64,000 nt of DNA, from the sequence record SRR20825019_473; one strand, given 5' to 3'. Below are positions 39,863 through 49,993 of the stretch, piece by piece. A model generated the notes under the pieces. The model ran no database searches and was not told the DNA's origin. It saw nothing but the letters and a program-made list of their open reading frames with translations. The position numbers and the translations under genes are program-made. Every line of letters begins with the position of its first letter. Position 1 is the first letter of the stretch.

Positions 39863-42800
39863 TTGCGTTTATTCATTCTCCTATATGGCCTCCTTATTTT
39901 GTTGCAGACTTCTGTCCGCGCACAGGAACATAATTTCAGAAATTTCAATGTTGAAAATGGCTTAGGACAATCACAAGTATATGCGATTTACCAAGATCCA
40001 ACGGGTAAAATGTGGTTTGGAACCCGTGGTGGTGGCATCAGCGCTTTTGACGGAATAGAATTTGAAACGTTTGCCACTAAAGATGGTCTTTCAGGGAATT
40101 TCATCAATGGAATTGTAGGCGACCAAGATCACGGTTGTTGGATTGCAACGACATCTGGATTGTCTTATTACGATGGAACAAAATTCGCGACGATTTCTTT
40201 CGAAGGATTATCGACAGCTCCGAGTGTTCGTGAAGTGATTCTCAGAGATAACAAATCGATTATTTGTGGAACGAGCAAAGGTCTTTTTACCGTTTCGAAA
40301 GGTGATCTAAAAGCAAAAAGAGTGCTCAACAGCGAAGTGGAAATTACAACGTTGATCGAAAGAAATGGCGTGATTTGGCTCGGGACAGACCGTGGATTGC
40401 TGAGTCTTAAAAATGGTAAAGTAACGGATTGGTCAAAGAAATCTGATTACATGAAAAACTCAATCACGACGCTTGAGTTGGACAAAAATAATCACCTGTG
40501 GATTGGAACTTACGGTGATGGAATGTATTGTTATGATGAGCAAACGTTCTTCAGAATCGATTACCATCATGAACTTTACAAAGAAACCATCTTCGATATT
40601 TTTGCAGACAACAAGAACCAATTGTGGATGTCGACCTTGAAAAGTGGGGTCGTGTGTTACGAAATGAACACAAAAACTTTCACACGAATCGGTGAGTCGG
40701 AAGGATTGAGTAATCGGCATGTGAGATCAATTTTCCAAGACAATAATGAACATTTTTGGTTCGGAACATCGGGTGGAGGTGTGTGTCAATACCTTGGAAA
40801 ACAGTTTACGACTTTCGACGAGCAATCAGGACTTGGTGGAAACTTCATCTATGCGATTACACGCGATCTTGCAGGAGATTTATGGATTGGAAACTCTTCG
40901 CGAGGGATAAGTGTGATCGGAAAAAAGGGAATTGAACAATTTGATGGATCGAATGGATTCCAAAATGTGAAGGTAAAAGCCTTAAATACAGATAAAGATG
41001 GCGCTGTTTGGATTGGAACGGATGGAAACGGAGTGTTTGTCTATAAAAACGGTCAGTTTTCTGCCGTAAAGGGACTTGAGAAAACCTATATCCGAAAAAT
41101 TGAAATTGCCCGAAATGGTTCCGTTTTTATTGCAACTGCGGGGAGTGGTCTCATTGAAGTCCGTCGAAAAAGGAATGAATATGAGATAGAAAAACACACA
41201 GAAGCGAGCGGATTGCTTTCAAATCGATTAACGACTATTCACTTTGATAAATGGGGGCGACTCTGGTACGCAACGGAAAATCATGGGGTCGGATGCATGT
41301 CTTTTCAGAAGAGTTTAAATGGGTTAACGTCTCAATCATTCACGGCAAAAAACGGACTCCCTTCAAATGCTGTGCGCTGTTTGGCAGAAGATAAATCGGG
41401 GAAATTATGGCTCGGTTTCGCTGGAAACGGAATCGCTTCTATCTCCATCTACGAAAAAGAGAAGGAAATAACCCGCATCGATGGTCGAAAAGGATTGGCT
41501 TCGGAAAATGTGTATTCGTTTATTTTTGATCGCTTCGATGACCTGATTGTCGGCACGGAGAAAGGACTCGACTATATTTTTTTCAGTGAAGATCGTTCTG
41601 TAAAAAGAATCAAGCACTACGGAAAAATGGATGGTTTTACGGGCGTTGAAACCTGTCAAAATGCCGTGTGGAAAGATGATGACGGATCACTTTGGTTTGG
41701 AACGATTAACGGCTTGTGCAAGTTTAATCCGTCTCTTCAAAAGTTGAATCAAGAACCACCAATTTTATCCATTTTGGATGTAAAACTCTCCTACGAAAGT
41801 TTGTTAAATGAGAGAAAACAATTGATTCATTTTGGCGCGCAAAAAGAGCCGCTTGTATTAGATTACACGCAGAACCGCATCACGTTTGATTTTATAGGAG
41901 TCAACCTAAGTCGACCTTCTGAAGTAACGTATAGTTGGCGATTAATTGGTTTTGATGATGATTGGTCGCCTCCAAGCAAAGAGCAAAGCATTATGTACTC
42001 GAATCTTGCCCCAGGAGAATATTTGTTCGAATTGAAAGCATCGAACGAGGATGGAATTTGGACAGATACTGCGCGGACATTCACGTTCTCAATTGTCCCT
42101 CCGTTTTGGCAAAAGTGGTGGTTTAAATTGCTAATGCTTTTATCTGTTATCGCAATTCTCTTCTTCGGCTATCGCTTTCTGACGCAGCGGATTCGAAACA
42201 AAGCCAATGCCCGTCAACGCCAGATGCAGATAGCGAATGATTTTTTGGAATTGGAACAAAAAGCACTGCGTCTTCAAATGAATCCACACTTTATTTTCAA
42301 TGCGCTGAATTCTATCCAAAGTTTAATCGGGACAGGAAAGGAAACAGAAGCGCGTTATTATTTGGCGAAGTTCTCTCGGTTAATGCGCCAAATTCTTGAC
42401 AATTCGAGAAAGGTTTCGATCACGCTAGAAGAAGAAATTAGCTCGCTTGAAAATTACCTTTTGATTGAGCAGTTTTGCAGTCCAAGTAGATTCGAATACA
42501 CGATTTCAGTCGATCCCCAATTAGAAACCGATTTCATTCAACTTCCGCCAATGATGATTCAACCGTTTGTGGAAAACGCGATTAAACATGGGATGAAAGG
42601 AAAAAATGTGGGAGAAGGTAAAATCGAAATTCGCTTTGAAGAGCAAGAAAATGTGCTGTTCTGCGTGATTACAGATAATGGAATTGGAAGAAAAAGAGCG
42701 GCGGAAATCAACGCGCAAAGCAAAGAAACGTACCACGAATCTGCAAGCATGGAAGTGATCAAAGAACGATTGAAAATTTTGAACAAAGGAAATGGTGATG

Positions 42801-42883
42801 GTTCTCTGGAAATTATAGATTTAATGAATTCGGAAAATGCGCCGATTGGAACGAAGGTCATCTTAAAACTCCCATTGGAATAA
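39863..42883 (+). CDS. LytS-type sensor histidine kinase with beta-propeller and Y_Y_Y domain
   Basis: Propeller repeats, YSNLAPGEYLF, PPFWQKWWF TM, QMNPHFIFNALNSIQ, QPFVENAIKHG, DNGIG; TATATTTG at 39842. Confidence 0.9.
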   Translation: MRLFILLYGLLILLQTSVRAQEHNFRNFNVENGLGQSQVYAIYQDPTGKMWFGTRGGGISAFDGIEFETFATKDGLSGNFINGIVGDQDHGCWIATTSGLSYYDGTKFATISFEGLSTAPSVREVILRDNKSIICGTSKGLFTVSKGDLKAKRVLNSEVEITTLIERNGVIWLGTDRGLLSLKNGKVTDWSKKSDYMKNSITTLELDKNNHLWIGTYGDGMYCYDEQTFFRIDYHHELYKETIFDIFADNKNQLWMSTLKSGVVCYEMNTKTFTRIGESEGLSNRHVRSIFQDNNEHFWFGTSGGGVCQYLGKQFTTFDEQSGLGGNFIYAITRDLAGDLWIGNSSRGISVIGKKGIEQFDGSNGFQNVKVKALNTDKDGAVWIGTDGNGVFVYKNGQFSAVKGLEKTYIRKIEIARNGSVFIATAGSGLIEVRRKRNEYEIEKHTEASGLLSNRLTTIHFDKWGRLWYATENHGVGCMSFQKSLNGLTSQSFTAKNGLPSNAVRCLAEDKSGKLWLGFAGNGIASISIYEKEKEITRIDGRKGLASENVYSFIFDRFDDLIVGTEKGLDYIFFSEDRSVKRIKHYGKMDGFTGVETCQNAVWKDDDGSLWFGTINGLCKFNPSLQKLNQEPPILSILDVKLSYESLLNERKQLIHFGAQKEPLVLDYTQNRITFDFIGVNLSRPSEVTYSWRLIGFDDDWSPPSKEQSIMYSNLAPGEYLFELKASNEDGIWTDTARTFTFSIVPPFWQKWWFKLLMLLSVIAILFFGYRFLTQRIRNKANARQRQMQIANDFLELEQKALRLQMNPHFIFNALNSIQSLIGTGKETEARYYLAKFSRLMRQILDNSRKVSITLEEEISSLENYLLIEQFCSPSRFEYTISVDPQLETDFIQLPPMMIQPFVENAIKHGMKGKNVGEGKIEIRFEEQENVLFCVITDNGIGRKRAAEINAQSKETYHESASMEVIKERLKILNKGNGDGSLEIIDLMNSENAPIGTKVILKLPLE

Positions 42884-42887
42884 GCCT

Positions 42888-43637
42888 ATGAAAAAGTATA
42901 AAGCGATAATAATTGACGACATAGAGCAAGCGCGAGCAACGTTGACACAGGACTTGGAGATCTATGCTCCCGATTTTGAAGTCATTGGACAAGCAGATGG
43001 AGTAGTGGAAGGAGCAAAATTACTCAAGCATGCTCAACCAGATATCGTTTTTCTGGATATTCAAATGCAAGATGGGAGTGGCTTCGACTTGCTCGATTTG
43101 CTCAGCGATATTTCGTTTAAAATCATTTTCATCACAGCTTCTGATGCACATGCAATTAAAGCGTTTCGTTATGCAGCTATCGATTATTTGCTAAAACCAA
43201 TCGATCCTGATGAACTCGTGGATGCGCTCGATAAGTTCAAAAACTCTGCGATTAATGAGAATGAAAAGTATCAGTTTCTCAGCGATCGCCTAAAAAATCA
43301 CAGCAAGCCCAATGAACGATTGGCACTCCATTCCCAAGACAAAATTCAAATTGTTCAAATCAAGGAAATTATTCGTTGTGAAAGCAGTGTGAATTACACG
43401 ACGTTCTTTTTTGAAGACGGAAAGCAAATCGTGGTGACAAAAACGCTGAAAGAATTCGAAGATCTGTTGAAAGATCAAGGCTTTTACCGTGTTCATCAAT
43501 CGCATTTAGTGAATACAAAATTCATCGTGGAATACGTCAAAAACGAAGGAGGACACTTAATCATGAAAGACAAAACCTTGGTTCCTGTTTCCGTGAGAAA
43601 GCGTCCTGAGGTGATGAAGATGCTGGAGGCGCTATGA
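42888..43637 (+). CDS. LytTR family response regulator
   Basis: IIDD, FLDIQM, LLKPID; FYRVHQSHLVN. Confidence 0.93.
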   Translation: MKKYKAIIIDDIEQARATLTQDLEIYAPDFEVIGQADGVVEGAKLLKHAQPDIVFLDIQMQDGSGFDLLDLLSDISFKIIFITASDAHAIKAFRYAAIDYLLKPIDPDELVDALDKFKNSAINENEKYQFLSDRLKNHSKPNERLALHSQDKIQIVQIKEIIRCESSVNYTTFFFEDGKQIVVTKTLKEFEDLLKDQGFYRVHQSHLVNTKFIVEYVKNEGGHLIMKDKTLVPVSVRKRPEVMKMLEAL

Positions 43638-46600
43638 ACCTTCCTTAACCACATTCACCCATTTCCCTGGAATTTGCGCATGAATTTTCCTATCGTACAT
43701 CGCCTCGGCATACACCGTTGGGAGATACGATTTCCCTCGATACGTCGCCGAAAGCGCAATCCGAATGGTAATACTCTTTTCTGGTGCTAAAGAGAAATAA
43801 CTCAATACCCGATCGTCGCGAAGATCTTGATAGTCGGGAGCCGTTCCCTTTCCTTCTCCTCCAAACAAACGATGGTTGTGAATCTCCCAACTTGTCGGAA
43901 AGATGTGGTTCAACGCCATTTCTCTGTATGTTCGCTTTTTCGAAGGATTCGTAACGATCACTTCTGCCACAAATTCAGTTCCTTGTGTAAGCTTCGAAAT
44001 ATCGATTTTTTGACCATCAGGGGTATAATAATTTACAGACATTTTGAGATTCGAGAATTCCTGCTTGCTTTGATCTCTAAGCGGAACTTTCTCACTCGTA
44101 ACGGTCACGAAATATCCAATTGATTTTGTGTTTCGAACGGACACTTTGCGCTTCGTTTTTCCTTTCTTTTCAGGAATTAGGAGCTGCGACCATCGCGTAT
44201 TAGATTTTTCAAGCGGTTGAGTCGTTCCATCCACAACAACCTCAAGCGAAGCGTCTGTTTTTTCACCAGAAATGGAACAGAATTTCGCGATACTCAACAA
44301 AGAATAGGCTGTTTCTTGGGTGGACATCCATCTGTCGCTCTGAAGTTCTTCGGCAATGTCCACCAATACTTCGAGTCCTTTCGTTTTGTTTTTTCTCAAG
44401 GCGAGAATTTCCAATACCATTGCCTGATCGCGTGAATTACTTCCAAATGTCTGCGAAAGCTCTCTATAATTATTGAACGTTGTGGGCAAGCCCGCGGTTA
44501 ATCGCTCGGCAATTTCAGGTTGACCAATCAGTAAATAGGCACCCGAAAGTCGCCATTTTGCTTGATCAGACAAAGAATGTGTTTCTTTTAATCGATTCAT
44601 TGCGCCGATTTCTGGATTTCCGGAGAGGGCAAGTAAATACAAACGGTAGGCTTGCGTGAGTTGATCATGAGAATAGCTGTTTCCGTTCCAATTGGTTGCC
44701 GCGTCTTTTTGGAAGTTTATCCAGCTCTGCTTCATTCCAATCGGTAATTGATAACCCATTCTTTCGGCTTCCAACAAGAAATGTCCTGCGTAATTTGTGC
44801 CCCAATGGTTTTCATACGATTGTCCAGGCCAGTAGGCAAGTCCTCCCGTTGAAGTTTGGAATAATTGCAGATGTGAAATTCCCGCTTTAATGTTTGCTAC
44901 AATTTCGGACTGTTTTTTAGGGCTCAAATTGGTAAGCTGCGACAAAAACAATTGAGGAAAAATAGCACTTGTTGTTTGTTCAACGCAACCGTGCGGATAG
45001 TGAATGAGTTCGTTCATTCTTCGTTCCAATTGGATCGCTGGTAAGGAAGATATTTCCACAATGCCGCGATTTGTGCCTTCAATTCCGTCTAAATCAAGTT
45101 CAAACGAAGCTGATTTTCCCGCCTCCAAAAACACGGTTTCTGAATGATGCGTAATCGGGTTGGAAGGTCTAACATCTAGTTCAATTTCGTGCGTTGCGCT
45201 TTCGTTTCCTGAAGTAGCGGTCACTTTGATGCGCGCAATGCCTACTTTCTGTTTTACTTTTAAGTTGAAATTGACCACTTGATCTCCTTCCTTTTCAAAT
45301 GTGATAGATTCTTTCGAGATTCCTTTTACATCTAACAAGTCGTTGCTGCTGATGGAAACAGAAACATTTTTCACGTGCTTTTCCATGGCAAAAACATCTA
45401 CGGGAATCACAAATTCTTCATCTGGACCGAGTGTTCTTGGAGCCGTTGCAAGTACCATCAATGGTTTTTTGACAGTTACCGTTTTTTGAGCATTTCCATA
45501 CGCACCTTTATTTCCAGCTACGACCATTACGCGAACCGATCCAACGTAATTCGGAATGTCTACGGTGTGCGTTTTTTGTCCACCTGCGGGAAGGTAGAAT
45601 GGACCGAGATGCACTACCATGGGTTTAAAGCGATTGGCTTTCGGACCGTTTCCAACAATTGCCGCACCATCTCCTCCAATGGTCAATAAATTTTCCAGTT
45701 TTCCGCTATATGCGCCAATCACGTCGTCGTAGATGTCCCAAGTTTTTACGCCCAAGGCTTCTCGTGCATAAAATGTATTCCAAGGCTGAGGCGTGCGAAA
45801 GTGAGTCAAATCTAAGAGTCCATCGTCCACAATTGCTAACGTGTAAGTCATTGCTTTCCCATGTTCCTCTTTTACTTTTATACTCACTTTTGTTTCGGGG
45901 CGAATCTCATCCTTCATCTGAATTTTGGGATGTAAGTGCGTCGCAGGATCATCGACTTCAATAGGCATCACACCGTACAAACGAATCGGAAGATCATTTT
46001 TTGTTGCATGATGAGGTTGGAGCAAGGAAACATGAAGAAACGCATTCGGCGCCATGTCCGCAGTGGCTTCAAACTCCACATCCGTTTCGCCTTTTTTTGT
46101 TGTTACCCAGAATTTTTTCAATACCCGTTCACTTGATTCAACGGAAACTAGCGCGCGACCATCAGATGGCGAAGGAAAACTCAATTTCACTTTTTCTCCC
46201 CGTGTGTACGATGTCTTATCTGTTGAAAAGGTGAGCATTTTCGCAAATTCATTCTCACTTCTGTGCGTTCTGCTCCAATACGGCCAGTCGATGTGCACAA
46301 CCGCTCCTGTTTGGTGATTCCCATCTGTATCCGTAGCGATAATCATGTATTTACCGTATTCAGGATGCTTTAAACCAAAAGTGAATTCCGCTTTTCCGTT
46401 TTTTGTTCGCGTGTTGAACTCTTTGATTACAATCGCGCTATTTCGTGCGGTAAATTGGGCGAAATCATCCTCGTTGGCGTCAAACCACCAATCCCAATCC
46501 AATTTATAGATGCGAATGTTAATGGGGATATTGGAGTTTGCTTGACCTTTTGCGTCCACCGTGACGATGGAAAATGTATGATCGACATTGTTTTCAAGTG

Positions 46601-49172
46601 TTCCGTCGTATTTAGAGCCTTTTGGGGTTCCTAAGCCTACATAAGTTTTGAATGGAAAGAAGGAAGAAACGGTTCTGTCGATGCTAAAATCGCCGCTTTT
46701 CTCGTAGATTTTGGTAAGGTAGTTTGCTTGGAGCATTCCTTGTGCGTGCGTGAAGTCAGAGAATCCAGACGGAAATTTGGCTTGACCATTTTCATCGAGT
46801 TCACCACTAAAAACGGTTCGGAAGTCAGATGATCCTGAACGAATTGGCGAATCAAAAATGTAACTTTCGTATTTTTTAAACGTAGTTTTCATAGGATTCA
46901 GGCGCACCTTAACTTGTGCTTTTAAGTCCTTTGCAGAAGCACCATGAAGCCATTTCGATGTTAAAAGACAAGAATCGCTTTGCACGCCCAAATCAGTTGC
47001 AAGTGTAATTTTTAGTCGATTTGGTTTAATGCTTTCGACCTTAAATGACTTCTCGAAAATCTTGTTTCCAATGGAGACGATTCCATGATAATTTCCCGTT
47101 GGAGCCTCAATAGAAGTTGCTGTGCGAAAATCATAAACGCCATTCAAATGTTTGGTTGAACTGGTGTTGTAAACGGTATTTCCTGATGGATCGTTCAGGG
47201 TGAATTTTATAGGGTAATTATCAGGAATCGCATTTTTTTCATCTTCGAGCATAAAGTTAATGTAGAGGGAATCGCCTGGACGCCAGACTTCTCTTTCTGC
47301 ATAAATGAAGCCTTTTACTCCTTTTTGGACATTCTCTCCGCTCACGTCGAACTTGCTCAAAGAATTAGAATTTCCATCCGTGAGTTTCAAATAGCCCCGT
47401 TGAGAACCTTTTTTGGCGACCATCAAAAAGGGCTTTTCACTTAATTGAACGCTCGCCATCCCATTGTTATCTGTCGTGATGGTATGAAGGGTTCTTTTGG
47501 CGTAATCGTAGAGTGAAATTTCCACACCAGTCATCGGTGTCGTAGAAATCATGTCGGAAGCAAAAATGTGCGCGCGTTTGTCACTGTCCAATTTGAAAAG
47601 TAGTCCAATGTCCGATGCCAAAATATTACGTTTGATTGCTTTTCCGTAGTAATATTGACTACTGCAAGGATTTTCGTCCTGATTGTAATATCCCCAATCT
47701 GAGAAACCATCAAAACCGTAGGCATGCCAAAAGTGTTCGTTCCAATCTGGACGTTCGGCAAATAAATCCAATTCTTCTTCGATGGAAGCCGTTTCTGAAA
47801 TCTCTGAACTTTCAATCGGGCAGTTGCACACTGCGTCTTCCTTTTCAAATTTCAGAGCAACTTGATAGATCGCTCCAGGTTCTGGTTGAATAAATTTTTC
47901 CAGATTCAAAATGTGCGTATTCCATTCCTTCAAGTTGAGTTTCTTATTGGTGTTGAGCATGATTTTCTTTTCGATAAGGATTTTACCGAAGCGGGTGAGT
48001 TCATCATCACCATTTAGTTCGTTGACTTGTAAGAAGTGATGGACATTTTTTTCCAAGATTCGAATGATGCGAACATCTACAGATTTCAATGAAATGGCTT
48101 CAAAAGGAAAGATCAACCCTTGTGAGTTGGGCAAAATCGATCCATTTCCATTAAAACGCAATCTCGGTGAAGCTTCATGAAAAGTTAAGTTTCTTGTAAC
48201 GGCTTCTTTCATTGGGAATCCCGCAATGTTTTTAAGCCCAACGGAGATATTCAGTTCTCTTGTTCCTGAAACACGATTCGGTGGATAGATGGTTAATTTG
48301 TTGTAGTCGATCCGAAATGTGAGTCCCGTCATGTCTTTTATGCGCACAATTCCATCCAGATTTTGTGTTGGAGAAAGCGGTTCAGAGAATTCAAGCTCGA
48401 TGAGTTGATCTTCTGCTTCTCTAACTTTACTGCGAACGAGCGAAAAGTCACTTAATCCAGATACCGTAATTTTTTGTTCTCCTTTCGAGAATGAATTGAG
48501 TGTTTTTCCATCCCAAGATACCATTAGCTCTTGGGCATCACTTTTTCGTAGGATACTGTCTATTGTGAAACGCAATGTATTCTTGTTGTAATGATCGCTA
48601 AATGTAAACGGGAGCTTTTTTCCGTTAAGAGAAAACTCAATTGTTTTGCGCAACTTGGAGCTGTCTTCGCTGTCTGTTGTGCGAATTGTTCCTGTCAGTT
48701 TCTGATACTCAATTTGGTAATCGTTGTAGTTTTTAAGTCCGTCGATATCAACGGTCAATTTCTGCTCGAACGTAGAAAATTGAAACGCAAACGTCTCAAA
48801 CCCTTTTTTTACATCTCTTAGCTCATCTAGTTCGAGCTGAACAGTAAAGAATTGATTCATCGGAAGTGGTTTCTTTGGAAGAAGTTCAATACTTCTATCG
48901 CTTGTAACGACGATTGAGTAATCAATGATAGGATCAATTTTGATGAGCTTTTTCAATTCCTCCTCTTTCATTTCAGTAAGACTTGGAACTTCATCAGCAA
49001 GTTGGATTTTTACTCCTTGGTCACGTTTAACCATTCCTGAGGTGTAGCCAGAAATATATTGATTGAAAGCAGGGTTTACCTGAATGATTTCAGGTTTTGA
49101 TTGTCCACAAGATGCCGCGAGGATCAATAAAGTAATAACGATCGAAGAGAAGAATAGGTTCTGAAGATTCAT
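43632..49172 (-). CDS. Bacterial alpha-2-macroglobulin lipoprotein
   Basis: Lipobox LAASC; MG2 motif EREVWRPGD; thioester motif YPHGCVEQ; D.RDDRV; AEAMY. Confidence 0.92.
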   Translation of the reverse strand: MNLQNLFFSSIVITLLILAASCGQSKPEIIQVNPAFNQYISGYTSGMVKRDQGVKIQLADEVPSLTEMKEEELKKLIKIDPIIDYSIVVTSDRSIELLPKKPLPMNQFFTVQLELDELRDVKKGFETFAFQFSTFEQKLTVDIDGLKNYNDYQIEYQKLTGTIRTTDSEDSSKLRKTIEFSLNGKKLPFTFSDHYNKNTLRFTIDSILRKSDAQELMVSWDGKTLNSFSKGEQKITVSGLSDFSLVRSKVREAEDQLIELEFSEPLSPTQNLDGIVRIKDMTGLTFRIDYNKLTIYPPNRVSGTRELNISVGLKNIAGFPMKEAVTRNLTFHEASPRLRFNGNGSILPNSQGLIFPFEAISLKSVDVRIIRILEKNVHHFLQVNELNGDDELTRFGKILIEKKIMLNTNKKLNLKEWNTHILNLEKFIQPEPGAIYQVALKFEKEDAVCNCPIESSEISETASIEEELDLFAERPDWNEHFWHAYGFDGFSDWGYYNQDENPCSSQYYYGKAIKRNILASDIGLLFKLDSDKRAHIFASDMISTTPMTGVEISLYDYAKRTLHTITTDNNGMASVQLSEKPFLMVAKKGSQRGYLKLTDGNSNSLSKFDVSGENVQKGVKGFIYAEREVWRPGDSLYINFMLEDEKNAIPDNYPIKFTLNDPSGNTVYNTSSTKHLNGVYDFRTATSIEAPTGNYHGIVSIGNKIFEKSFKVESIKPNRLKITLATDLGVQSDSCLLTSKWLHGASAKDLKAQVKVRLNPMKTTFKKYESYIFDSPIRSGSSDFRTVFSGELDENGQAKFPSGFSDFTHAQGMLQANYLTKIYEKSGDFSIDRTVSSFFPFKTYVGLGTPKGSKYDGTLENNVDHTFSIVTVDAKGQANSNIPINIRIYKLDWDWWFDANEDDFAQFTARNSAIVIKEFNTRTKNGKAEFTFGLKHPEYGKYMIIATDTDGNHQTGAVVHIDWPYWSRTHRSENEFAKMLTFSTDKTSYTRGEKVKLSFPSPSDGRALVSVESSERVLKKFWVTTKKGETDVEFEATADMAPNAFLHVSLLQPHHATKNDLPIRLYGVMPIEVDDPATHLHPKIQMKDEIRPETKVSIKVKEEHGKAMTYTLAIVDDGLLDLTHFRTPQPWNTFYAREALGVKTWDIYDDVIGAYSGKLENLLTIGGDGAAIVGNGPKANRFKPMVVHLGPFYLPAGGQKTHTVDIPNYVGSVRVMVVAGNKGAYGNAQKTVTVKKPLMVLATAPRTLGPDEEFVIPVDVFAMEKHVKNVSVSISSNDLLDVKGISKESITFEKEGDQVVNFNLKVKQKVGIARIKVTATSGNESATHEIELDVRPSNPITHHSETVFLEAGKSASFELDLDGIEGTNRGIVEISSLPAIQLERRMNELIHYPHGCVEQTTSAIFPQLFLSQLTNLSPKKQSEIVANIKAGISHLQLFQTSTGGLAYWPGQSYENHWGTNYAGHFLLEAERMGYQLPIGMKQSWINFQKDAATNWNGNSYSHDQLTQAYRLYLLALSGNPEIGAMNRLKETHSLSDQAKWRLSGAYLLIGQPEIAERLTAGLPTTFNNYRELSQTFGSNSRDQAMVLEILALRKNKTKGLEVLVDIAEELQSDRWMSTQETAYSLLSIAKFCSISGEKTDASLEVVVDGTTQPLEKSNTRWSQLLIPEKKGKTKRKVSVRNTKSIGYFVTVTSEKVPLRDQSKQEFSNLKMSVNYYTPDGQKIDISKLTQGTEFVAEVIVTNPSKKRTYREMALNHIFPTSWEIHNHRLFGGEGKGTAPDYQDLRDDRVLSYFSLAPEKSITIRIALSATYRGKSYLPTVYAEAMYDRKIHAQIPGKWVNVVKEGS

Positions 49173-49339
49173 GCGTCTTTTTTAGAGACAAACATCGTGA
49201 ACACGTCTTCAATTTTTTAGTCAGCTAGAAAGTATGTGGTGATTGAACGATTAAGCGTTATCTAATCTTGATTATTTGAATAAAGCCGAATGAGAGCCAT
49301 TTTTGGCATGATCGGAAATGAATGATAGAAGAATGATTT

Positions 49340-49990
49340 TTAAACTCCTGCTTTAACAGCGAATTTCACCAATCCCGCAGTATTTCTTACTCCCAGTTTG
49401 GCGATTAACTTCTGACGGTGTCCATCAACGGTTCGCTTGCTCAGGAAAAGTTCTTCCGCGATCTCTTCATTGGTCATTTCACTCACAATCATTTTTAGGA
49501 TTTGCTTCTCACGTGGACTTAGCGTTGAAAGAAGTTCCGAAGTGTTGTCATGTGGCTCTTCTGTTCGCTCGTTTAACAATGTCAATGCAACGCGATTGCT
49601 GAAATATTTCTCATTATTCATCACGGTTTGAATCGCACGAATTAACTCTTCTCCGCCCGTGTTTTTGAGTAAATATCCAACAACACCTGCATCAAGCATT
49701 TGGCGGATAACAAACTCATCATCGTGCATGGTAAGCGCAATAATTTTAAGTGATTTATTCGTTTCCAGAATCTCTCGGGTCAGTTCTATACCACTTTCTT
49801 TCCCCAAGTTAACATCCATTAGAATAATGTCAAAAGGAGCAGACGATTCTTGAATCGTAGTTAAACATTCCATTCGCGTAGCAGCCTCGGTTATTTCGAA
49901 CTCGAGGGTATCCTGATTTTGCAGGATAAATTTTAGTCCTTTTCTAACGACGTCGTGATCGTCCACCATCAACATATTCACTACATTCAT
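49340..49990 (-). CDS. NarL/FixJ family response regulator (REC + LuxR HTH)
   Basis: VDDHDVVRKGL, LMDVNL, ALTMH, GYLLK; LSPREKQIL...TNEEIAEELFLSKRTVDGHR. Confidence 0.93.
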   Translation of the reverse strand: MNVVNMLMVDDHDVVRKGLKFILQNQDTLEFEITEAATRMECLTTIQESSAPFDIILMDVNLGKESGIELTREILETNKSLKIIALTMHDDEFVIRQMLDAGVVGYLLKNTGGEELIRAIQTVMNNEKYFSNRVALTLLNERTEEPHDNTSELLSTLSPREKQILKMIVSEMTNEEIAEELFLSKRTVDGHRQKLIAKLGVRNTAGLVKFAVKAGV

Positions 49991-49993
49991 CCT

